Below are positions 8,917 to 17,463 of a stretch of 32,000 bases of DNA, in pieces. Location: contig DWVN01000145.1 of assembly GCA_019120235.1 (NCBI GenBank), positions 5,659 to 37,658 on the forward strand, written 5' to 3'. The stretch is from Candidatus Dwaynesavagella gallinarum (GTDB lineage Bacteria > Bacillota > Clostridia > Clostridiales > Clostridiaceae). Positions within the stretch are counted from its first letter, which is position 1, and each line of letters begins with the position of its first letter. Below the pieces are notes generated by a model, which saw nothing but the letters and a program-made list of their open reading frames with translations, was not told where the DNA came from and did no database searches. Position numbers and translations under genes: made by a program.

Positions 8917-8928
8917 TAAAAATTTGCT

Positions 8929-11900
8929 TTATATAGTTATATCAATTATATAAGTTCCTTCATCCTTAAATTTTATCAATTTTTCAACATACTTTTCTCC
9001 ATTAATTTTTAAATTCTTTAATTCTCCCTTTCTAACTATTATTTTATAAAATACATTTCCTCTATTATATTCAATTACATACTGTTTCCAATCACTTGGT
9101 ATACATGGTTCTAAATAAAATCCATCTTCACACAAATTAAATCCCAATATATTTTCAAGAACAACTCTATAAAATAACGAAGAAGTATAATTAAAATCAT
9201 CATTTATAATTTTAACTAAACTATTTTCTTTAAATCCTATTTTAGCTGGAATCATATACGGTTCTTTTTTATAAATATTTGCACAATTTCTATTCATAGT
9301 TCTTAATATAGGATTTAAAAAATTTAAATATTTATATGCTTTATCATTCAATTTTAATTTTGTTAGTGCCTTAACCAATAAAATTAATTCCTTATTATTC
9401 TGAATAATTTTATCCTCTTTTATAAATGCATTATCTTTAGTAAAAAATTCTTTTACAAATCCAGAATCTCTATTAATTAAATATTTTTCAATAGAAAATA
9501 TAACTTTTTGACTAATGACATGATTATCTACACAAATCAATGATAATATCTGAGGAAGTAAATATATATCATTATAAAAAGCTTTAGACCCTTTATCTTT
9601 TAAATTATTTATATAAAACTCTCCATTAAAACACTCTGTCTCAAGAATGTGCAAAATTCTATTTTTAACCTTATTAAATATATCTCTATTTTTACAATCA
9701 TTAACTTTTAATAATATTTCATCAAAATCCCCTAATACTCTATAAAGCATAAAAAGAGTCTTAACATCCAAAATATTTTTATTTACCTTAGGGTCACCTA
9801 CATCTTCTACAAATATTCCCTTATTTATAATTTTTAAGCACTTATCATATATATTTGAAAATTTTACTTTTGAATCGCTATCACTCATATAATTAATTTC
9901 AACATTCAAAATATCAAAATCACCAGTAACTTTTATATAATCTAAAAGTATATATACAATCCATAATAAATCATATAAACAATCATTTATTTCATATTCT
10001 TTTGTAAAATAGCTCCATTTATCTTTAAAATTCCCATTCTCATACATATTAGAAAATACTTTTATAATATTTTTCTTACTTTCTTCAGAATCTATATATG
10101 TATAAATTAAACATTTTTCCATTAAATCAATACAAGAATTTAATTCTCCTTTAAATGAACTACTTAATAAAAATTTTTCATTATAACTCTGATGAAGAAT
10201 CCATCCATTCATAAACGCATCTATATATTCATCCTTAGTTTTAATTTGAAACTCTTTATATTTTTTAAAATATATTTCCTCATTTTTTTCATATACATCA
10301 TTAAATAACTTTTCATCTGTACAAAAATTATTTATTTCAGAATTTATAGCTTCAATACTATTATCATATCCTAAAATAATATGAACTTCCTTAGTCTCTC
10401 CCACATCTAAAGTAAGTTTTCCTGAAGCACATAAACAAGATTCTAAATAGATTCCCGTCAAATTGCTTAACTTGTCTTTATACACACCTATAGGATTAAA
10501 ATATCCATTATTTATTCCCAAAAATTCCTTTTTACTTCCTGTAAATGAAACATCTTTACACCCAAATAATTTTAAATAAGCCTTTACATTTTTAAAATTC
10601 TTAGAAAAATTATTTTCTCCGTATATGTAATCAAAATCTCTATTTATATAAGTACTTAATTTCTTAGAATAATCATCTTTTGAAGATAATAAGATAGGTG
10701 CAAAATAATACACATTAAAACGTCTAACTTTATCAGATAAATTTTTAAATTTTATTTTAACAACTTTATATTTTTTCCCTTGTGGAATAAAGCATTCAAC
10801 ATTAGTTTTAACATTTCTATATTGATTACTTATTTTTGTACTAGAAAATGAATTAGAAATTATATAATCCTCTCCATTATCAATAGGACTAAATGTTGGT
10901 GACCAAACAAATTCATCTTCTCTTATATAAATTGATTCTCCAGCATAATTATATTCTTTTTTTGTAAAATCTTCAGTAATCAAAAACTCTCTACAATCAA
11001 AAGCCCAGGTACTCATAAATCCACTTGACAATATACAAGTAGAAATATATTTATTATTTAAAATATTTTTATAACTATAAGGAATCATATTTAAATTATT
11101 AATTTTAACAATATATTCAGAATAGTCTTTTGAAAAGCCTCCATAAGAATTATAAAATTTGAGCATTTTCCTTGGACTATTATATTTACTTATATCATTA
11201 TAATCTGAAATTTCATCACCTATCTCAAACAAATATCTATTTAAAATAATATTTTTATTATACTTAAAAATATCGTTTTGAGGTGATACAATACAATTTT
11301 CTAAATTTTCCTCTCTTATTATTTCTTGTAAATTTTTAACAGTAAAATTAAGCTGATCATATATACTCTTTTCCCCTGATTGTATTAAAATGTTTGATAT
11401 ATTTTTGATAATTTCACAAGTGCTCTTATAAATATTTGATAAAATTATGTAAATTCCATTGTCAACATTTATTCTTTCCTTAAGATTATATCTCAATATA
11501 ATTTTATCAAGCTCGCTATCAATATGTTTATCTTGTCTTAAATAACTATTTAAGATTACTAAATTAAATTCTAAACCAATTTTTATAAAATATGCTAACG
11601 CTTTAATTAATATTTCAACATGTTCTAGATCCTTACTTTGCATAATTTCTACAGCTACAATCGGTATATTAGGATTTATATTATAAGATATTAAATCTTT
11701 AATTCCTACATCACAACTTAATTTATAATTTCTTTCTGGAAAACCATATATAATTTTAGAAGTAATATGATTAAATAAAGATAACTCTTGAGGAGATATT
11801 TTTAAGTTGTTAACCATAATTTTAAGATTATAAGAATTAATATAAAATAAATTAGATATCATATTCAAATTTTTATAGTTATCAATTAATTTAACTAATT

Positions 11901-14900
11901 TTTCTTTATTATCACTTATAGCATTTATAAAGTACACACTTACATGACCATGAGAATTTAATCTTATATTAGATCTTAAACTCATAACCATATCATCATA
12001 AAATTTATTATTTCCATAATTAGAATTAATACCCATAGAAATAGGATATTGTAAATTTCCATTTACTCCCATGAATCCTTGCTTTGTGTTTTCAAATTTA
12101 ATTCCTTCAATTTCATTATTAGTGTAATAAATACTATGACCCATAAACAAATTATCATTATCATTTCCACATATAACTAACATTTTATCATCTACATAAT
12201 CAAAACTTTTATTCAAAATATCACTTTCAAAATAACTAGTTAATTCTAAATTTTTAACCTTGGATGTTAAATTCTTTAATATTATTTTTCTTATCTCAAC
12301 GTTTTCATCATTAGATATAAAAATCTCACTAATAACATTAATATCTCTATCATTTGCTTTAAATCTTACTTTATCTAATTCAAATTCACAAATATAACTA
12401 ACATCATTATTTTTACATGGCAAATATGTATTACTAAAAAATTTACCGCTATCTAAATCCCTTATATATACACTTCCATAAGGCTTCTCATTAGTAAAAT
12501 CATAGCTTAATTCTGAAATGTACTCACCTTTAAATTTTAAATATCCACCACCACTACTGCTTATTCCCAAAGAATAATCTCCATTAGAATAAATTTGCAT
12601 ATCACACATTTTATCTTTACTATACTTAATTATTCTCGGTATAAACTCATCATTTAAATCCATAACATTTAAAACAAACTCATTTTCTTTAACTTTATTA
12701 ATGGATATATTATGGATACTTTCATTAAGTAATTCACTTATACTTTCCACATCAATTATTTTTTCAAATCTATCTTGACAAATATTATTCATTAAAATAT
12801 TTGACAACGCTATCAGACTCATACCTTGATGATGAGCCATATAGCTTTTTACTATAGAATAACTATTATTTTTATGATTTCTTTGTTTTGTAAAATCAAT
12901 AGCTTCATAAAAACCATATTTACCCAAACTTCCTAATTTTTTTAACCTTTTTAAATTTTTTATGCTACTTTTAAAATCAACCATAGAGCTCATAATTCCA
13001 GAATAAGGGCTTACAACTAAATTTTCGTAATCTTTTTTTACTGCAACTCCAGGAATTCCAAATGCTTTATACTGATAATTTAATTGACTATCAAATTCAT
13101 AAAAACAAGATTCTGATACACCAAAAGGAATTCTATTATGGTTTGCAAACTTTATCTGAGCTTCGACACATCCTCTATAAGTTTCATAAAACACCGTATC
13201 AGGATAAGCTTTCATATAAAGCATTGGCATTAAATACTCAAACATAGTTCCACTCCAAGACATAAGAGTTTTTATACCATTTACATTAATTCCTAATCGT
13301 CCTAATTTAAACCAATGACTTATAGGTATATCTCCTTTTGCAATAGATAAAAAACTTGCAATTCTAACTTCTGATGCCAATAAATCATAACAATTTTCAT
13401 CTAACAAATCATTTTCACAATCATATCCTATTGATAATAAATTTCTCTCCTTATTATATAAAAATTTAAAATCCATAGAATTAATTTTAGAACTAATTTT
13501 ATCCATTAAAAATTTAACATCTTTAACTATCTGCTTAACATTAACTATTACTTCAGATATTTTTAAGTCAACTAACTCATTTCTAACAGATGAATTGTTA
13601 TAATTTTTCTTAAATTCTACAAGTTCCTTCTCTAATTCCCCTAAATTTGTACTAATAAATATTTCTCCAAATTTCTCAATTCTAAAATTAGATATTTCAT
13701 TAATTCTACAAGTTATATTAAAAATTTCATTTAAAAAATTATTTGCACTTTCATTAATCTTTATATGCCAATAAACATCTGCACTATCTTTACTCAATTC
13801 AGAAATATTTTCTTTAGATTTATCCGCTACATCCTCTAAAAATTTAATATAATCTCTATATTTATTGCAGTTATAACCATAATTAATTAAATCTTTATAC
13901 AAATGATCCATTTTAGAATTATTTGATAAATATCCCATTTCTTCAAAGGACTTTACTAAATCTTTATGAATAATAGGTTTATTTAAAATATCTTCTAAAG
14001 ACTTTTTACACAAATAATAACTAGCAAGTAAATTTCCACTATCAACAGTTGAAACATATCTATCTCCAAGTGGAACAACATTTTCTATATCATACCAATT
14101 ATATAAATGTCCTCTATAAATTGGTAAAGAATCTATGGATTTCATAATATTTTTTAATCTATCAACCATATCAAGAACACTTATAAATCCAAAATCTCTA
14201 GCTAAAATAAAAGAGCTTAAACTCATACCTATATTAGTTGGAGACGTTTTTTTAACAATACCTATTGACGGATCTTCTTGATAATTATCACAAACTAAAT
14301 AGTTAGTACTTTCATTTACAAAATCCTCAAAATATGAAAATATACTTCTTGATAATGATCTTAAAAAAATATTTTGTTCACTAGTTATTTTAACTTTTTT
14401 GACTTTTTGTTTTTTAGACAAATAATATGCTATAAATGGAGCTATAAAAAACGTAATTGAAGGTAAAATCATCTCATTAAATTTAAAATAAACACTAAAC
14501 ATTAAACTTAATAATCCAAAAACTATACATAAAAACATTTTACCTAAATATGAAACGATAGAATCTTTTGAATTTTTCTCAACTTCTTGGAATGATTTCC
14601 ATTCAAGTAAATTTTTCTTAGTAAATAATAACCTCATTATAACTTTAAATACAGCATCAAAAACTATGTACGCTTGATACGGTAAAAAAGAAAACATAAC
14701 ATACATTTGAGTAAACTTATTTTTTAAATTTTTTAAATTAAAAGATAAATTTTCTTTAGCTACAGGTACTATAGTAAGGGAAGATATATCTAAAAAAAGT
14801 GGGAATAATAAACCAAGTAAAACTAACCCATAATATTTGTTTCTTTCTTGTATATTAAGAAAAAATGGTAAAGTAATACAAATCATCCAACTAATAGGAA

Positions 14901-17187
14901 TTAAACTTCTTCTCAAATTATCTAAAATTTTATACTTAGAAAGCATACTAATTCCTCTTCCTCTTATTAAATAAGGAATTAATTGCCAATCTCCCCGCGT
15001 CCATCTATGTAATCTTAAAAAATTTGAGAGAATGTTTGATGGAAATCCTTCTTGTATCTCAATGTCTGAACTTAATAAAACTTTTGAAAAACATCCCTCT
15101 ATTAAATCATGACTCAAAACTCTATTTTCAGGTATAACATTCCACAAAATCTTATCAAATACATCTATATCAATAATACCTTTCCCTATAAAAATACTAT
15201 CTGAAAAAATATCTTGATATATATTAGAAGTAATAGAATTATAAGATGATGTGGCAACATTACCAACAAAAAGTTTAGAATAAATGGTATTTAATGAACT
15301 TTTAAAACTAACATTAACTTTAGGCTGTACTATTCCATAACCTCTAATGACTTTATTTCTTCTTCTGATTGTCTTAACAACTGCTTTATTTAAAATATGA
15401 TTTATAGCTCCTATTAATTTAAATGCAGAATCTTTCATTAATTTAGTATCAGAATCAATTGTTATTATATATTTAGTGTTTTTTAATAATGGATAATCTT
15501 CAATAGATTCATGAAAATTACTTTCTCTTCCTTTTAAAAATTTTATAAATTCCATTATTTTACCGCGTTTACGTTCCCATCCCATGTAAACTTTATTGCT
15601 CTCATTATAAATTTTTTCTCTCACAAACATGTAAAATTTTGTTTCATTAATTTTATCTTTATATCTACTATTTAGTTCCTTTAATGACTTCTTAGCATAA
15701 TCTAAAAGAATTTTATCTTCAAACCCCTCGTAAGAGATAGTATCAACATAATCAAACAATAATGAGAAATATACATTGTTATTTTTATTACAAATATAAG
15801 ATATTTCCAAATTTTTAAATAAATTATCTATATCCTCTTTACTAGTTAAAATAGATGGAATCACAACTATTGTTTTAGCTTCATCTGGAATTTTCTTAGA
15901 ATAATCCATTTTAGGTACAAATTTATGTTCTATATTCTCTAAGAATAAGTGGTTAATAATATTGATCCAAATATCACCAACTAAAACCAAAAATACAGTA
16001 CTAACACCAAAACTTAAAAACCTACTATATAAAATACCATTAAAATATTTAAGTAAAAATAACTCTATAAAAAATATTCCACTAAATATACTTGTAAAAT
16101 AAGATATTTTTTTAAATTTCTCCGAAAACCTAACATTTTTAAAGCGTTTACTTCCCTCGTCTAATAAATAATAACCAACATGTCTTGAACAATTCGTATC
16201 TCCATTTTTACATAAATCTAGGATTTTAACGCATTCCATATACTCATTTAAATTATTTTTCTCACAGATTTTTTCAAGTGTTTTTCTATAAAAATCTCTA
16301 CTTTCATAATCCATATTTCCATAAACGCCTGATGGATCTTTTAAAAATTCTTTATGTACAGAACTTACATTTTCAAGAGCAATTCTCCAATCAAACAAAG
16401 AAATATTTTTAAGAGATTGTATATAGATACTAATTTTAATTCTTATATCATTTAATTGTTTTTCATTTAATTGCTTCAAATCTTTATATGTTAAATTTTC
16501 ATTTTCTAAAATTTTATCTAAAAAATCTCTTATTACACGATCTTCTATTCTGTTTTCATTCATTAAATCTATAAAATATTCAATTGTATATAATGAAACA
16601 TTATTATCTAAAAATTTCTCAAGTTTGCGCAAAGCAACTTTAAATTTACCATCATTAATTAATTTCATTACACTCTTAAAAAGAACATGCCCTTTATATC
16701 TCTGGTTTTCAATTAATGAAACTTCATTAACAATTTTATATATATTTTCCAAAACAGAATACTTCAAAAAAAATGAAATACTCCAGAGTTCTTTTAAACT
16801 AAGTTTAACTTTACTCTCATACTCATCTAATTTTTCAAAAAATTCTCTCTCTTCAAAAATACTATCCTGATTTTCAACAACACAAGAACAAAATAAATAT
16901 GCTCTAGGTAAAAACTCCTCATTAATTTTTACAGAAATAAACTCTCTTAAATTAATATAATTATCATTTAATAACTGTATGGTTTCATTCTCTATTACAA
17001 AAAAATTATCCGTTATCCATTTAGAACTATCACTTATTTTACATCCTAAAGATTTTATATTTTCAATAGCTTCAACATTTTTTAAAAACGTTTTATTTAA
17101 ATCTTTAAACTTATCTTTAAAATTAAATTTCTTTATGTGCACATCATTATGCGTACAAACTAAATTGAGTAAATCATAATTTATCAT
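8929..17187 (-). CDS. cgs: Cyclic beta-1,2-glucan synthase-like giant protein (2752 aa): membrane-embedded glycosyltransferase, central cyclization-type domain, C-terminal GH94-like modules
   Basis: Uninterrupted ORF with SD GGAAGGG 7 nt before the ATG. Hydrophobic clusters at about residues 360-410 and 760-940. GT motifs: IITIDSDTKL, LSHDLIEG, LHRWTRGDWQL. Central motifs: SPTNIGMSL, VDSGNL, YDLLASEVRIASFLSIAKGDIPISHWFKLGR, SWSGTMFEYLMP, GVSESCFYEFDSQLNYQYKAFGIPG. Two GH94-like beta-sandwich modules and a helical barrel follow. I recognise these motifs from Cgs/NdvB/ChvB proteins. Confidence 0.85.
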   Translation of the reverse strand: MINYDLLNLVCTHNDVHIKKFNFKDKFKDLNKTFLKNVEAIENIKSLGCKISDSSKWITDNFFVIENETIQLLNDNYINLREFISVKINEEFLPRAYLFCSCVVENQDSIFEEREFFEKLDEYESKVKLSLKELWSISFFLKYSVLENIYKIVNEVSLIENQRYKGHVLFKSVMKLINDGKFKVALRKLEKFLDNNVSLYTIEYFIDLMNENRIEDRVIRDFLDKILENENLTYKDLKQLNEKQLNDIRIKISIYIQSLKNISLFDWRIALENVSSVHKEFLKDPSGVYGNMDYESRDFYRKTLEKICEKNNLNEYMECVKILDLCKNGDTNCSRHVGYYLLDEGSKRFKNVRFSEKFKKISYFTSIFSGIFFIELFLLKYFNGILYSRFLSFGVSTVFLVLVGDIWINIINHLFLENIEHKFVPKMDYSKKIPDEAKTIVVIPSILTSKEDIDNLFKNLEISYICNKNNNVYFSLLFDYVDTISYEGFEDKILLDYAKKSLKELNSRYKDKINETKFYMFVREKIYNESNKVYMGWERKRGKIMEFIKFLKGRESNFHESIEDYPLLKNTKYIITIDSDTKLMKDSAFKLIGAINHILNKAVVKTIRRRNKVIRGYGIVQPKVNVSFKSSLNTIYSKLFVGNVATSSYNSITSNIYQDIFSDSIFIGKGIIDIDVFDKILWNVIPENRVLSHDLIEGCFSKVLLSSDIEIQEGFPSNILSNFLRLHRWTRGDWQLIPYLIRGRGISMLSKYKILDNLRRSLIPISWMICITLPFFLNIQERNKYYGLVLLGLLFPLFLDISSLTIVPVAKENLSFNLKNLKNKFTQMYVMFSFLPYQAYIVFDAVFKVIMRLLFTKKNLLEWKSFQEVEKNSKDSIVSYLGKMFLCIVFGLLSLMFSVYFKFNEMILPSITFFIAPFIAYYLSKKQKVKKVKITSEQNIFLRSLSRSIFSYFEDFVNESTNYLVCDNYQEDPSIGIVKKTSPTNIGMSLSSFILARDFGFISVLDMVDRLKNIMKSIDSLPIYRGHLYNWYDIENVVPLGDRYVSTVDSGNLLASYYLCKKSLEDILNKPIIHKDLVKSFEEMGYLSNNSKMDHLYKDLINYGYNCNKYRDYIKFLEDVADKSKENISELSKDSADVYWHIKINESANNFLNEIFNITCRINEISNFRIEKFGEIFISTNLGELEKELVEFKKNYNNSSVRNELVDLKISEVIVNVKQIVKDVKFLMDKISSKINSMDFKFLYNKERNLLSIGYDCENDLLDENCYDLLASEVRIASFLSIAKGDIPISHWFKLGRLGINVNGIKTLMSWSGTMFEYLMPMLYMKAYPDTVFYETYRGCVEAQIKFANHNRIPFGVSESCFYEFDSQLNYQYKAFGIPGVAVKKDYENLVVSPYSGIMSSMVDFKSSIKNLKRLKKLGSLGKYGFYEAIDFTKQRNHKNNSYSIVKSYMAHHQGMSLIALSNILMNNICQDRFEKIIDVESISELLNESIHNISINKVKENEFVLNVMDLNDEFIPRIIKYSKDKMCDMQIYSNGDYSLGISSSGGGYLKFKGEYISELSYDFTNEKPYGSVYIRDLDSGKFFSNTYLPCKNNDVSYICEFELDKVRFKANDRDINVISEIFISNDENVEIRKIILKNLTSKVKNLELTSYFESDILNKSFDYVDDKMLVICGNDNDNLFMGHSIYYTNNEIEGIKFENTKQGFMGVNGNLQYPISMGINSNYGNNKFYDDMVMSLRSNIRLNSHGHVSVYFINAISDNKEKLVKLIDNYKNLNMISNLFYINSYNLKIMVNNLKISPQELSLFNHITSKIIYGFPERNYKLSCDVGIKDLISYNINPNIPIVAVEIMQSKDLEHVEILIKALAYFIKIGLEFNLVILNSYLRQDKHIDSELDKIILRYNLKERINVDNGIYIILSNIYKSTCEIIKNISNILIQSGEKSIYDQLNFTVKNLQEIIREENLENCIVSPQNDIFKYNKNIILNRYLFEIGDEISDYNDISKYNSPRKMLKFYNSYGGFSKDYSEYIVKINNLNMIPYSYKNILNNKYISTCILSSGFMSTWAFDCREFLITEDFTKKEYNYAGESIYIREDEFVWSPTFSPIDNGEDYIISNSFSSTKISNQYRNVKTNVECFIPQGKKYKVVKIKFKNLSDKVRRFNVYYFAPILLSSKDDYSKKLSTYINRDFDYIYGENNFSKNFKNVKAYLKLFGCKDVSFTGSKKEFLGINNGYFNPIGVYKDKLSNLTGIYLESCLCASGKLTLDVGETKEVHIILGYDNSIEAINSEINNFCTDEKLFNDVYEKNEEIYFKKYKEFQIKTKDEYIDAFMNGWILHQSYNEKFLLSSSFKGELNSCIDLMEKCLIYTYIDSEESKKNIIKVFSNMYENGNFKDKWSYFTKEYEINDCLYDLLWIVYILLDYIKVTGDFDILNVEINYMSDSDSKVKFSNIYDKCLKIINKGIFVEDVGDPKVNKNILDVKTLFMLYRVLGDFDEILLKVNDCKNRDIFNKVKNRILHILETECFNGEFYINNLKDKGSKAFYNDIYLLPQILSLICVDNHVISQKVIFSIEKYLINRDSGFVKEFFTKDNAFIKEDKIIQNNKELILLVKALTKLKLNDKAYKYLNFLNPILRTMNRNCANIYKKEPYMIPAKIGFKENSLVKIINDDFNYTSSLFYRVVLENILGFNLCEDGFYLEPCIPSDWKQYVIEYNRGNVFYKIIVRKGELKNLKINGEKYVEKLIKFKDEGTYIIDITI

Positions 17188-17303
17188 GTCATATCCCTTC
17201 CATTTTAACTAAGAAAAATCATCTCAATTTAAAACATTTTTTGAAATATATTCTATTATTACCAAAATTTTTTTTATTATTCATACCTTTAACCGATTAT
17301 ATA

Positions 17304-17332
17304 TTGATATTTTTTATATATTTTCGTATAAT
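17304..17332 (+). promoter_or_regulatory. Near-consensus sigma-A promoter of adhE
   Basis: TTGATA (17304-17309), a 17-nt spacer, then TATAAT (17327-17332). Confidence 0.65.
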
Positions 17333-17336
17333 AATA

Positions 17337-17354
17337 TTGTTATTAAAATAACAA
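17337..17354 (+). promoter_or_regulatory. Rex-type (redox-sensing repressor) operator, perfect 18-bp palindrome
   Basis: TTGTTATTAAAATAACAA compared with the clostridial Rex consensus TTGTTAAnnnnTTAACAA. It starts 4 nt after the -10 element of a gene (adhE) that is a classic Rex target. Confidence 0.55.
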
Positions 17355-17357
17355 ACT

Positions 17358-17375
17358 TTGTTATTAAAATATCAA
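17358..17375 (+). promoter_or_regulatory. Second, imperfect Rex-like box in tandem
   Basis: TTGTTATTAAAATATCAA. The left half is identical to box 1 and the right half has one change. The centre-to-centre offset is 21 bp, about two helical turns. Confidence 0.4.
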
Positions 17376-17463
17376 AATTAAAATAATATTTTTTTTAGTT
17401 AATCAAATAATACAAAAATATAAGACTATCAAAGTTTAATGATTATGGAGGTTGTTATTCATT

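Noticed and set aside
17188-17210. A four-codon upstream ORF (ATGGAAGGGATATGA, minus strand) overlaps the SD of the giant gene.
   Set aside because: It has no SD of its own and is trivially short. It is most likely a chance ATG within the ribosome-binding region.
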